A stretch of 64,000 bases of DNA. Source: Vulcanimicrobiota bacterium. GTDB lineage: Bacteria > Vulcanimicrobiota > Vulcanimicrobiia > Vulcanimicrobiales > Vulcanimicrobiaceae. The notes beneath the pieces were generated by a model that saw only the letters and a list, made by a program, of their open reading frames with translations, searched no databases and was not told where the DNA came from. Shown piece after piece: positions 21,520 to 31,982 of the stretch (positions are counted from its first letter, which is position 1; every line of letters starts with the position of its first letter). The stretch covers positions 480,001 to 544,000 of the forward strand of contig OY970223.1 of assembly GCA_963714015.1 (NCBI GenBank), given 5' to 3'. The position numbers and the translations under genes were made by a program.

Positions 21520-22609
21520 ATGAAACGCCTCTCCCCGCAGCGGCTTCGTTGGATTCTAGCCGTGATAGCGATCTACAGCGTCGTAGCGGTCTTGATGTTC
21601 GGCTACCATTACCTGAACGACGTCGCCAACGGAACGACGAGCACGTGGGAACGCCGTCTGATCGAAGAGACTACCGGCGTCTACACGGTGTGCCTGCTGG
21701 TTCCGTGGATCGTGTGGGTCGCTCGGCGTTTTCCGCCCAGGCGCTGCCATTGGGCAAGTGTAGTTGCGGCATGGCTTGGCGGCACGATAGTTTTCACGAT
21801 CGCCCACACCACGCTGATGGCGCTCAGCCGCATCGCGATCTACCACGGCTTAGGGCTCGGCCCGTATGACTACGGCATCATGCTTTACCGCTATCCCATG
21901 GAAGCTTCGAACGACGTCCTTTCCTTCGTGGTAGTAGCGGCAATCGTCACGTTCCTAGACCGCCTCCAGGCAGCCCGCGCAGCCGAACTCCACGCCGCGG
22001 AACTTCAGGCGAAGCTGGCCGAGGCGAAGCTCGAGAATTTGCGGCTGCAGCTGCATCCGCATTTTCTTTTCAATACCCTCAATGCAATCTCGACCGTTAT
22101 GTACGAGGACGTGCGAAAGGCCGACGCCATGCTGGCTAAGCTCAGCGACTTCATGCGCATGGTGCTCGCCTCGAGCGACGTGCAGCAGGTCAGCATCGAA
22201 GAAGAGCTCGGCGTCGAGCGAATGTACGTCGATATCATGACCGAGCGGCTCGAACGTCGCCTCACCCTGAGCGTTTCCGTCGAAGGAAGCGCGAGGGAAG
22301 CGTCGGTTCCGTTCATGCTGCTCCAGCCGCTGCTCGAGAATAGCATCCGGCACGGAATGCAGCTCGGCCGGCGACTCGCTCGATCTGCGAATCGACGTGC
22401 GCCGTTCGAACGGTTCAACCGTAATTTGCGTCTCCGACGACGGACGAGGCATCGTACCGGGAACTCCGCGCGGCATCGGTTTGAACAACGTCGAGTCGCG
22501 TCTGAAATACATGTACGGGAGCAGCGCATCCGTCGCTCTCGAACGGCGTAAGTCGGGCGGTACGCAGGCAACGATCGTTTACCCGTATTTGAAAGCTTCG
22601 AAGACGTGA
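21520..22609 (+). CDS. LytS/YehU-type sensor histidine kinase (one extra base at ~22360)
   Basis: Several TM helices, LRLQLHPHFLFNTLNAI, LLQPLLENSIRHG; next frame VSDDGRGI, GIGLNNVESRL, GGT. Confidence 0.9.
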
Positions 22610-23357
22610 GACTGCCTGTATTGGTTGCCGACGACGAAGCACCGGCGCGCCGCAAACTCGCGCGCTTCCTCGGCGCGCATGCCGACGTGGAGATCGTGGG
22701 GGAAGCTTCCAACGGTATCGATGCGGTAGACCTCATCGCGATGACCAAACCGAAGCTTGTCTTTCTCGACATACAGATGCCGGATTTGGACGGCCTCGGA
22801 GTCGCCGAGACCATCGTGCGCCTCGAGCAGCCGCCGTCGATCGTTTTCGTGACCGCTTTCGATCAGTACGCGGTGAAAGCGTTCGAGGTGAGCGCGCTCG
22901 ACTATCTGCTCAAACCGTACGACCGCGAACGTTTCGATCGCACGCTCGACCGCGCACGCACTTCGCGCGAACCCTTCCCGACGCCGGCCGCATTGCCGAG
23001 ACGCTGGCGCAGCTTCGCAACGAGGATCGCTACGTTCGTCGTCTCCTCATACCGAATGAGGGACGCTCGTTCTTCGTTGCAGTGCGCGAGGTTTTGCGCC
23101 TGGAATCACAAGGGAACAACGTGATGGTGCATAGCCGGCGCGGCCTCCACCAGCTTCGCTCGACGCTGGAATCGATCGAAACGCGGCTGGATCCGGCGCT
23201 CTTCGCCCGCGTGCACCGCTCCCATTTGGTGAACATCGACGAAATCGAAGAGATCCGCCCTTGGTTCCATGGCGATTACAAATTGCTCATGCGTGACGGC
23301 ACCGAAATCGCGTGGAGCCGCCGCTTTGCGGCAAAACGTTCGGATTTATTGAAGTGA
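22606..23357 (+). CDS. LytTR-family response regulator (one missing base at ~22960-22980)
   Basis: VADDE, VFLDIQMP, FVTAFDQYAVKAF, DYLLKP; next frame FARVHRSHLVNI, WSRR. Confidence 0.9.
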
Positions 23358-24881
23358 CTGCCCAAGACCGTCCTCGAGGCGAGCAGTTGACGCCGTGGAT
23401 CGCAGCGGCGGCCGTCTTCGCGATCCACGCCGCAGGAAATCCTCACTATGGTTTTTTCCGCGACGAGCTCTACTTCATCATCTGCGGATTCCATCCGCAA
23501 TTCGGCTACGTCGATCAGCCTCCGGTCGTGCCGCTGCTCTCCGCGGGAACGCAGACTCTTCGGCCATTCGCTCTTCCTGCTTAGGCTACTACCGGCGCTC
23601 TTCGCAGCGGCAGGCGTCTACACGACGTGCCTGCTGGCGCTCGAATTCGGCGGCGGCGTCTTTGCGCAGCTTCTCTCTGCGGTTGTGTTTTTCTTCACGA
23701 CCGTGCTGATGAGTTTCGGCATGAAGGTCTCGACGGATACCGTCGGACTCTTCACCTGGCCTCTGCTCGCGTTGATACTGGTACGCATCGCCAAGGGAGC
23801 CGACCAGCGGCTCTGGCTGCTCGGCGGCGTCATCGCGGGCATTACGATAGAGAGCAAATACAGCGTGCTCTTCCTTATTGTCGCGCTCATAATCGGCTTG
23901 CTGCTGACGGCCGAGCGGCGTATTCTTTTCAATCGCTGGTGCGCGGCAGGAGCCGGCATTGCCGTACTCATAGCACTCCCCAACTTCCTCTGGCAGTGGC
24001 GCTTCGGCTTCCCGATGATCGAGCTGTTGAAGGCGGGGCAAAACGGAAAAAATCTCGTTGCCGGACCGCTGCTTTTTTTGGCCCAGCAGCTGATCATTAC
24101 GAACCTCTTCGTCTGGCCCGAGTGGGTGATTGGTTTCATCTGGCTGCTCGCCGCGACGCGCTTCCGCTTCTTGGGAATTGCCTACGCCGTGCTCATCGCC
24201 GAAATGATCGTGTTTCACGGTAAGCACTACTATCCGGCCGACGTTTATCCGACCCTCATCGCGGCCGGCGCCGTTCCAATCGAGCGCTGGACGCGCACAA
24301 GTAGAATTGCGCGCGGCGTCGTGGTCGCGTACGCAACCGTCTTCGGCATCGTCTTCCTTCCGTTCGCGCTGCCGGTACTCTCCGAAAGGACGTTCGTCGC
24401 ATACCAAAATCAAGTCGGAAGGGCCCTACATATTTCGAGATCGGCAACCGCAACGGAAGCCGGCCGTGAAACCGCAGCACTACCCGGCGATTGGGCCGAT
24501 ATGCACGGCTGGCGCCGGATGGCCGCAGCCGTCAAACGCGTGTACGACGATCTACCGCCGCCGCAGCGCGAACGCGCCGTCGTTTTTGCCGGCAACTATG
24601 GTGAAGCCGCCGCCGTAGAATTCTTCGATCCCGGAATTCCCGTGATCAGCGAGCACAATCAATACTATCTCTGGGGAACTCGCGGCTACGACGGCAGCGT
24701 TCTGGTGCAGATCAACGGCTCGTGTTTTCACTCCGACGGGTACTTCAGGTCCCGGACGCTTGCCGCCCGGCTGAACGATCCTTGGGCAATCTCGTACGAA
24801 GCGAACGCTCCGATTTGGGTCTGCCGCGGGATCAGAAAGCCGCTGCCGGAGATATGGCCGGCAATCAAGCTGTACGAATAA
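23354..24881 (+). CDS. GT-C fold membrane glycosyltransferase (GT39/ArnT-PMT-like; one extra base at 23552-23557)
   Basis: YGFFRDELY, FGYVDQPP, multiple TM helices, SKY, LPNFLWQ, NYGEAAA, HNQYYLWG. Confidence 0.85.
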
Positions 24882-25752
24882 AATCCAGCAACGCCGGATA
24901 AACGAGATCCGTTCGCGCCCGCGGGTTCTCCGCATCGATGATATCGTGATTGTGCGGCAAATTGTCAAACGTATGCATCTTCGCCCAGCCGGGACGGTGC
25001 GCGTTCCAGTGTTCAACGACGTGCGCGGTAACACGGTTATTCACCGCGGGGTCGTGCCGGTTGCACACCATGACCGCGCCGCGCCCGGCAGGTGCGCGCT
25101 TGCGCGATTGATCGTAGACGAAGTCGGATATGCGCAGCGTCTGCGCAAGGGCTCGCGTAGAGAACTGCGGATAGCCGGTCAGCGGCCGGATCTCTTCTCT
25201 TATGCGCGGGTCCCACCACAGGAAACGGTTCGGCAGCACGCGCGCCGCTCCGGCCAAAGCTCGACTGAACGGGTACGGAAGCTGCAGTACGCCGAATACC
25301 GGCGCAACGGCCACCGCATAGGCAATGTCGCTGCGTATTTGCGCGAAGTAGGCGCAAAGTACGCCGCTCGACGAGATCCCCAAAACACTCACGCGATTTC
25401 CCAATCCGCAGGCAATATCGACTGCTTCCGTTGCGCAAGCCAGGAGCGGCTCCGCGCGCAAGCGAGCAACGCGGTGCGTCATACGGTTCTTGTCGCCGTG
25501 CTCGGGAAGACGGGGAATCAGCACGTTGGCCCCGCTCTCATAAACCGCCGGAGCAAATGCCGCGTACTGACCGGGATGATTGGTGTACCCGTGCAGCAGC
25601 ACGACGGCATGCGGCGTGCGTCCGCCGTGCGTGAGCAGCGCCGTGTACGCTTCCGGCCGTATGGACGCATCGTCAAGCGCTTGCAGGGCACGCACGCGCT
25701 CGAGCGCTTCGCCGTAGGAGTTTGCCGGATTTACTTTTGCGACTTGAAGCAC
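24865..25752 (-). CDS. Alpha/beta hydrolase
   Basis: LLHGYTNHP, PRLPEHG, GISSSG elbow, DPAV, HDII; start uncertain. Confidence 0.8.
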   Translation of the reverse strand: MLQVAKVNPANSYGEALERVRALQALDDASIRPEAYTALLTHGGRTPHAVVLLHGYTNHPGQYAAFAPAVYESGANVLIPRLPEHGDKNRMTHRVARLRAEPLLACATEAVDIACGLGNRVSVLGISSSGVLCAYFAQIRSDIAYAVAVAPVFGVLQLPYPFSRALAGAARVLPNRFLWWDPRIREEIRPLTGYPQFSTRALAQTLRISDFVYDQSRKRAPAGRGAVMVCNRHDPAVNNRVTAHVVEHWNAHRPGWAKMHTFDNLPHNHDIIDAENPRARTDLVYPALLDFIRTA

Positions 25753-26276
25753 GGCGGAACGTGATCGTCGATGACGCCGACTGCCTGCAGAAACGAATAA
25801 CAAATCGTCGTACCGACGAAGGTAAACCCCCGCTTGCGCAGGTCTTTACTGAGCGCATCCGAGAGCGGTGAGGAAGTTTGTGAAGCATCGCCGCGAGGGC
25901 GGCGCAGCGGTTTGCCGTCGACGAAATCCCAAAGATAGCGGTCGAAGCTGCCGTACTCGCGCTGCACCGCCAGGAACGCCTTGGCGTTCTTTACCGCCCC
26001 TTCCACCTTCAGCCGGTTGCGAACGACGCCCGGATCTTGCATGATGCGTTCGATCCGCGGCTTCGAGAACCGCGCGACCGCGCGAGGATCGAAATTCGAA
26101 AATGCGGCCCGGTAGTTTTCGCGCTTGCGCAAAATCGTATCCCAACTCAAGCCCGCCTGTGCCCCTTCCAGCACGAGAAACTCAAAGAGCACGTTGTCGT
26201 CGTGAACGGGAACACCCCATTCGCGATCGTGATACGCGATGGATAATTCGTTCGTCGCCCAAGAGCAGCGGTTCAT
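25731..26276 (-). CDS. tag: DNA-3-methyladenine glycosylase I
   Basis: RCSW, YHDREWG, LEGAQAGLSW, RNRLK, FVGTTICYSFLQAVG..DH...C. Confidence 0.95.
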   Translation of the reverse strand: MNRCSWATNELSIAYHDREWGVPVHDDNVLFEFLVLEGAQAGLSWDTILRKRENYRAAFSNFDPRAVARFSKPRIERIMQDPGVVRNRLKVEGAVKNAKAFLAVQREYGSFDRYLWDFVDGKPLRRPRGDASQTSSPLSDALSKDLRKRGFTFVGTTICYSFLQAVGVIDDHVPPCFKSQK

Positions 26277-27122
26277 TGGTCGATCAGTTCTACGACTACC
26301 GGCGCTACCCGCCCGGCCACGGAGCGATAGCGCATGGGCTCGATAATGTCGTGTGCGAACGGCAGATCGGTGAAGCGGTGAACCCGAACCGCTCCCGGCT
26401 TGTGTTTAGACCACTGCTGAATGAGCTGCGAAATGGCGCTGTTGCTCACCGCCGGCTCCCGTGAATTCATTACGACTACAAGCTCCTCGGCTTTAGGTTG
26501 CTCACGGTACGCCGCTTGGAGCAGCTCGTGTGCGATGGTCAGACTGTGGCCTATTGCATGCGATGCGTAGCGCGGATAGCCGTGGGCGGGCTGTTGCCTC
26601 TCGCGCAGAAAGGGATCCCACCACAAAAAGCGGTTGCGGCGCCGCAGCACCCACTTGGCCAAATGCATCCGCAGTGCGTTCGGGACGAACGCGACGCCCA
26701 TGAACGGCGTAACTGCCACCACCCGGTGCAAGCGATGAAATTGACCCAAGTGCGCCGCCAGAAGGCCGCCCAGTGAGAAGCCTGCTACGCAGACCTCTTC
26801 TCCCAGCCCTTGCGCGATCTCGAGCGAGTCGAACGCGCACGCCTTCAGTCTGTCTCGCATTCAGCCGTGCAAGGGCGTCCGAAAGCCGGTCGCTGTATCC
26901 GTGGCGAGGCAAACGCGGAACGAAGACGTTGTGTCCGCGCTCGTACAGCGCCCGCGCGATCGCAACGAACTGATATGGGCTGGCGGAGAGACCGTGAAAG
27001 AGCACGGCGGCGCGTTGCGTCCGGCGGCCGTGATCGAACACAAGCGTGCGCCCCAGTTCGCCGATGCCGCTATGGTCCCGGCGCAAAAAGCGCTCTAGGC
27101 GCTCTTCAGCCTTTTCGTACAT
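26273..27122 (-). CDS. Alpha/beta hydrolase (one extra base at 26846-26852)
   Basis: LFHGLSASP, PRLPRHG; next frame GFSLGG, LWWDP, HDIIEP; CAGACTG->CAGCTG joins frames. Confidence 0.82.
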
Positions 27123-27214
27123 TCCACACTTTCAAAAAGGACCCAGAAAGGGCCGCGAGGCGAGCGTCCTTAACTCAAGCGATCAGCTGTTCCTGGAACC
27201 GCCGTTCCACCCCC

Positions 27215-28429
27215 ATGGATATCATGCACGACACTCGAGACAACGCAAGCCCGCTCATCGCGCTGGAAGACCGTTACGGCGCGCATAATTACCATCCGCT
27301 CGATCTCGTCGTCCAGCGAGCCGAAGGGGTCTGGCTCTTCGACGTCAACGGAAAGCGCTACCTGGACTGCGTGAGCGCATATTCAGCCGTTAATCAAGGA
27401 CATTGTCACCCGCGGCTTCTCGCCGCGCTCACCGATCAGGCCAAGAAAGTCGCGCTTACGTCGCGCGCCATGCGCAGCGAGCAGCTTCCGCTTTTCCTCG
27501 AGCGTCTCACGCAATTCTGCGGTTACGAGATGGCTCTTCCGATGAACACCGGCGTGGAGGCGATCGAAACGGCGATAAAACTCGCCCGCCGCTACGGCTA
27601 TCGCGTAAAAGGCATTGCTCCGAATCGCGCCGAGATCGTCGTTTTCACCAACAATTTCCACGGCCGCACGACCGCCGCGATCAGCGCAAGTTCCACCGAA
27701 GACTATCGCCGCGACTTCGGCCCCTTCACGCCGGGCTTCGTACACGCGACCTACGGCGATTACGAGTCCGTCGCCAAAGCAATCAACGAAAACACGTGCG
27801 CCGTACTGATCGAACCGATCCAGGGCGAAGGCGGCGTCATCGTACCGCCCGACGGCTTTCTCAAGCGCGTGTGGGGCCTTTGCCGCGAGCACCGCGTGCT
27901 CTTCGTCGCCGACGAAATCCAAACCGGTTTCGGACGAACCGGCGATCGCTTCGCTTGCGATCACGAGGCCGTCCGCCCGGATGTTTTGGTCGTCGGAAAA
28001 GCGCTAGGCGGGGGATTCTATCCCGTTTCCGCAGCACTGGCGGACCGCGATCTCATGGACCTCTTCAAACCGGGCGATCACGGCAGCACGTTCGGCGGTA
28101 ATCCGCTCGGGGCGGCCGTGGCTATCGCCGCCTTGGACGTCATTGCGGAAGAGAAACTTGCCGCACGAGCACGTTACGCCGGCGCGAAGATCATGCAGGC
28201 GTTGCGCGCGATGGAGTCACTGAAGATTGCAGAAGTCCGCGGGCGCGGTTTGCTCATCGGCATCGAATTGACGGTTCCGGCGCGCAGACTTTCGGAGATG
28301 CTGCTTGAACGCGGCGTCGTGGCAAAAGACACGCACGCAACGGTGCTGCGCATTGCGCCGCCGCTCGTCATCGAAGATGCGGAGATCGATTTGCTGCTTG
28401 CAGCCTTCCGCGAGGCAATCGCCGGCTAG
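27215..28429 (+). CDS. rocD: Ornithine--oxo-acid aminotransferase
   Basis: GAHNYHPL, YSAVNQGHCHP, PMNTGVEA, NFHGRT, EPIQGEGG, ADEIQTG, GKALGGG, HGSTFGGNPL. Confidence 0.93.
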   Translation: MDIMHDTRDNASPLIALEDRYGAHNYHPLDLVVQRAEGVWLFDVNGKRYLDCVSAYSAVNQGHCHPRLLAALTDQAKKVALTSRAMRSEQLPLFLERLTQFCGYEMALPMNTGVEAIETAIKLARRYGYRVKGIAPNRAEIVVFTNNFHGRTTAAISASSTEDYRRDFGPFTPGFVHATYGDYESVAKAINENTCAVLIEPIQGEGGVIVPPDGFLKRVWGLCREHRVLFVADEIQTGFGRTGDRFACDHEAVRPDVLVVGKALGGGFYPVSAALADRDLMDLFKPGDHGSTFGGNPLGAAVAIAALDVIAEEKLAARARYAGAKIMQALRAMESLKIAEVRGRGLLIGIELTVPARRLSEMLLERGVVAKDTHATVLRIAPPLVIEDAEIDLLLAAFREAIAG

Positions 28430-28438
28430 GATCGTTGG

Positions 28439-29368
28439 GTGGCTGGGTTTTTCAACTTTGCGGACGTGGTCGACCGGCTCGCCGAACACGATCGCGCGGG
28501 ACTCATTTTCGTCGACGAGCACGGTCATCGGCGCGACTATTTGTTCTCGGAGATATCCCAGCACTCGGGACGGTACGCCGGCGCACTGCGGACGCTCGGG
28601 GTAGAAGCCGGACGCTCCGTGCTCGTTTGCGCATCCAACAGCGCAAAGTGCCTCTTCGCGATGTTGGGCTTGCAACGCCTCGGCGCCGTTTCTATCCCCT
28701 GCGCAAAGGACTTGCCGGCCGCCGAACTGCGCGAGATCGCACGCGCTAACGCGGCGAAATGGGTGGTCTGCGACCGCACGCGCCGAACCGAGGCGGCGGC
28801 GGTCCGAGCCGGCGCGGGGATCGATCATTTTCTGCTCATCGGCGAGGAAGCGCAAGGCTGGGAACGGCTCGATCGTCTCGCGGAGAACTCGCGCGGCGTT
28901 ATCAACGCCCGCACGCAAAGTTCCGATCCGGCATGCGTCCTACAAGGCGCAATTTACAACCAGGCTTCTCTGCAGGCGGCCGTGGAGTCGAGCAATCGAG
29001 TCTTGCTCGCCGGGAGAGGCGACGTCGTGTGGTGCGCGCTGCCTATGGGGAGCGCGAGCTGGTTCGCAAACGTGTACGTCGCGCCTTGGTCTTGCGGAGC
29101 GGCAACCGTCGTGCACGATGCTCCGTTCCAGCCGGTCGAACGTCTGGATCTGTTGCGGGAGTTGGACGTGAGCATTCTCCTGCAGCCGGCGCCGGAGTAT
29201 GCAGCGCAAGTGCAAACGAGCGAAATCGCGCATTTTCGCGGCGCGCGTCTGCACCGCTGTCTGTCGGTCGGCGCGCCGGTCGATTCTACCGTAGCGGGAC
29301 TATGGCTGGATGCAATGCACATCCCGATCGAGGATGCGGCCGGCGGCGTAACGCTGGGAAACCGCTAG
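28439..29368 (+). CDS. Degenerate/truncated AMP-binding (acyl-CoA synthetase-like) N-terminal domain protein
   Basis: FNFA.DVVD, acyl-CoA synthetase-like N-terminal layout, CLSVGAP; P-loop and C-terminal domain absent. Confidence 0.7.
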   Translation: MAGFFNFADVVDRLAEHDRAGLIFVDEHGHRRDYLFSEISQHSGRYAGALRTLGVEAGRSVLVCASNSAKCLFAMLGLQRLGAVSIPCAKDLPAAELREIARANAAKWVVCDRTRRTEAAAVRAGAGIDHFLLIGEEAQGWERLDRLAENSRGVINARTQSSDPACVLQGAIYNQASLQAAVESSNRVLLAGRGDVVWCALPMGSASWFANVYVAPWSCGAATVVHDAPFQPVERLDLLRELDVSILLQPAPEYAAQVQTSEIAHFRGARLHRCLSVGAPVDSTVAGLWLDAMHIPIEDAAGGVTLGNR

Positions 29369-29390
29369 CCGCATCCTCTAAATCGAGATC

Positions 29391-31226
29391 CTACTTGGTG
29401 TACGGCTGAACGATGTCCGTCAGCCGCTGCGGTACCGACGGTATGCGCACCAGATGGGGATACCGCGGGCCGTCATAGTACGGGATCGAGATCGTCCGGA
29501 ACAGCTGGTCCTTCTCCATCACGACCTGAATCGGCTGATGCGAATGCTGCGCCTCCTTCATTGCGTTGTACATGACGTCGGGCGTGTACTCCCGACCGTT
29601 CACGGCGATGAGCTTCCAGTCGAAGCCCATCCCCGCTTTCCAAGCCGGCGAACCGAAGTGAACGTCGCCTACCGTTCCGGTCGGCGCCGCGACAAACCCC
29701 AGCGAGTAGGTGAAGTTGTCTTGCGGCACGTCCATGGTGGGCTTGTCGGTGTAAACGAGGCGCCAGCCGTCGGCTTCGAAGCCGTTCGGCGGATGAACCG
29801 CAATGTCGTCGACCCACGTGTGGAAGAATCCGGCCCAGTCGTAAGGCTGCACGGCATTGAGTCCGGCGATGATGTCCTCGCGATTGTACGGAACGATGTC
29901 CGGTCCGGAGTTCTCTTTGCCGAAGAACTCGCGAGCGAACGTGTCGAGCGACTTGGTATTATGGGAACTATCGCGGATTATTGAGTCGACTTTGAGCCAT
30001 AACAGCGCGCCCTCGGAATAGAAGTCGACGCCGCGGCGCTCGGAGTAGTATCCGCGCGGCGATCCGTAGAGATACGGAGCCGCCGTGGCGGTGTCGCCGA
30101 GCGATCGCCACAGCCTTCCGGGTTCGTTGTCGTAATTGGCGTAGATCGCCGCGATGTGATCGGGCCAATTCTTGACCGGCCGGATTCCGTCGCGGTACGA
30201 CATCACGTCGCCGTAGTATTGCGTCATTCCCTCGTAAACCCAGAGAAGGGAGTCGTCGAACGGAACGTTTGGATTGATGCGTGCAAGGCCGTCGGGCATG
30301 CGGTACTTGCCGTCCCACGAGTGATTGAACTCGTGTGAGAGCAAATCGCCGCCGCGCTCGAGCACCTTAGGATCCAGGAAGTAGTCGCCGACTTCTCCGT
30401 CGTCGCTGGACTCGTGGTGCTCGACGCCTTCACCCGGCATCACGTCCGAAAGCGTCAGCAGAAAATGATAATCGTGCCAGTGCCGCGCACCGTACATCGC
30501 GATCATCTCGCGGACCAGCTTCTTGAAATGATCGATCACGCCGGGTGACGCGTCGACCTCTTCGGGCGTATCCGCACACGCGTTCAATGTAGCGGTGCCG
30601 GGAAAGGAGCCGGTGTCTTGCCAGAGCACCCATTGCCGGAAATTGATGCAGGCGTCAAGGGGCGAGTCGAGCAGACGCTCCAGCGACGTAGTGCTCCAGC
30701 TTACGGTGTTGCCTTCACGCTTCTGGTCGTAGAGCGCCGTCGCGAATTTCCAATTGGTTCCCGGAAGAATCAGCGAGGGATCGAAAGTCGTCGCATCCAT
30801 CGTTCCCGTAGACGGATACAAAATGTTCTGATTCCAATCGATCACGAAGATGTTCGGCGAGGACAGGCGATTGGAGGAATAGTTTCCGAACGTCGCGCCC
30901 AGGTACGTGAAGTCGACGTCCAAACTCGACGTGCCTTTGGGCACGTCCAGCGTAACGGCATACATGTTCAGCGGATCGCGGCGCCATGGAATCGACGTTC
31001 CATCGGCCTTGATTTCGAGTGCGGCAACGTTTTGGATCGGCCCCACGGCGGCGTGCTCGCCCGGAATCCACTGCGGATAGTAGAGGGTCAATTTCCCCGG
31101 AGCAACCGGAATGACTTCATGCGTTCGGACGATGTTTTGAGTAGGCGCTTGGGATGCATCGACAACCAGCTTGATCGGGGGTTGTGGCGTTGCGCTCAGC
31201 GCCGCTAGAATGGCGGCTAGAATCAT
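29391..31226 (-). CDS. M61 glycyl aminopeptidase with C-terminal PDZ
   Basis: P.WIPGEH, LLDSP, GVEH, SHEFNHSW (HExxH), LWVYEGMTQYY, GSPAWKAG...IAVNG. Confidence 0.93.
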   Translation of the reverse strand: MILAAILAALSATPQPPIKLVVDASQAPTQNIVRTHEVIPVAPGKLTLYYPQWIPGEHAAVGPIQNVAALEIKADGTSIPWRRDPLNMYAVTLDVPKGTSSLDVDFTYLGATFGNYSSNRLSSPNIFVIDWNQNILYPSTGTMDATTFDPSLILPGTNWKFATALYDQKREGNTVSWSTTSLERLLDSPLDACINFRQWVLWQDTGSFPGTATLNACADTPEEVDASPGVIDHFKKLVREMIAMYGARHWHDYHFLLTLSDVMPGEGVEHHESSDDGEVGDYFLDPKVLERGGDLLSHEFNHSWDGKYRMPDGLARINPNVPFDDSLLWVYEGMTQYYGDVMSYRDGIRPVKNWPDHIAAIYANYDNEPGRLWRSLGDTATAAPYLYGSPRGYYSERRGVDFYSEGALLWLKVDSIIRDSSHNTKSLDTFAREFFGKENSGPDIVPYNREDIIAGLNAVQPYDWAGFFHTWVDDIAVHPPNGFEADGWRLVYTDKPTMDVPQDNFTYSLGFVAAPTGTVGDVHFGSPAWKAGMGFDWKLIAVNGREYTPDVMYNAMKEAQHSHQPIQVVMEKDQLFRTISIPYYDGPRYPHLVRIPSVPQRLTDIVQPYTK

Positions 31227-31307
31227 AGGATGGAGGGTTACGCGCTTCGAATCGAAGCTACTGCGTGCCAGCGGCGCGGCACGCGCCGCGATTGAGGCTA
31301 CAGCGAC

Positions 31308-31952
31308 ATGATTGCACTGTTCTTGGCGTTACAGACTACTCCGGACCGTCCTACACTGCCCACGCCTCCGCCGTGCAGCGCACCGTTTCACGATGCGTCG
31401 ATCGTTCAGCGCGTCAATCCCGTCGTGCCGCAGAATGCGCCCCTCTTTCAACCGGTGCAAGGGATAGCTCAAGTCAGCATTGGGCCCGACGGAACCGTCA
31501 CTGCCGTGCAGATCGTGCAATCTACGGGGGACCCCGGGCTCGACGCGGCGATACTCGAAGCGGCAAAGAAGAGCACGTACGAGGCCAAAACCGACGATTG
31601 CACGTCGATGTTCGGAACGTATCTGTTTCGGGCAAGTTTCTCGCCCGCGTCGCCGCTGCCCAGCGGTGCTCCGCCGGATCCATGCAATCACGAAGGCCGC
31701 ATCACGACGTCGGCAAAGCCGGTGTATCCACTTTCCCTGCGACTCGAGTCGCCGGAAATGGCGGTCGTGCGCGTGACGGTCGGCGCAGACGGCACGCTCG
31801 CGGACGCGCAAATCATAAAGTCCACGGGTAACGCCACGCTGGATCAGTCGGCCGTTCAGGCGGCAAAGCAATCGGCGTATGCGCCCAAGGTTCAAGAGTG
31901 CAAGGGAATCGCGGCACAGTACCTCATGAAATTCCTATTCAACCCGCACTAG
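31308..31952 (+). CDS. Secreted protein with two TonB C-terminal domains
   Basis: Two repeats of V.(I/V)G.DGT...QI..STG...LD.A...AAK.S.Y..K...C. Confidence 0.8.
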   Translation: MIALFLALQTTPDRPTLPTPPPCSAPFHDASIVQRVNPVVPQNAPLFQPVQGIAQVSIGPDGTVTAVQIVQSTGDPGLDAAILEAAKKSTYEAKTDDCTSMFGTYLFRASFSPASPLPSGAPPDPCNHEGRITTSAKPVYPLSLRLESPEMAVVRVTVGADGTLADAQIIKSTGNATLDQSAVQAAKQSAYAPKVQECKGIAAQYLMKFLFNPH

Positions 31953-31982
31953 AAGTCGAGTAACGTAGGGTACAAGCTGCTC

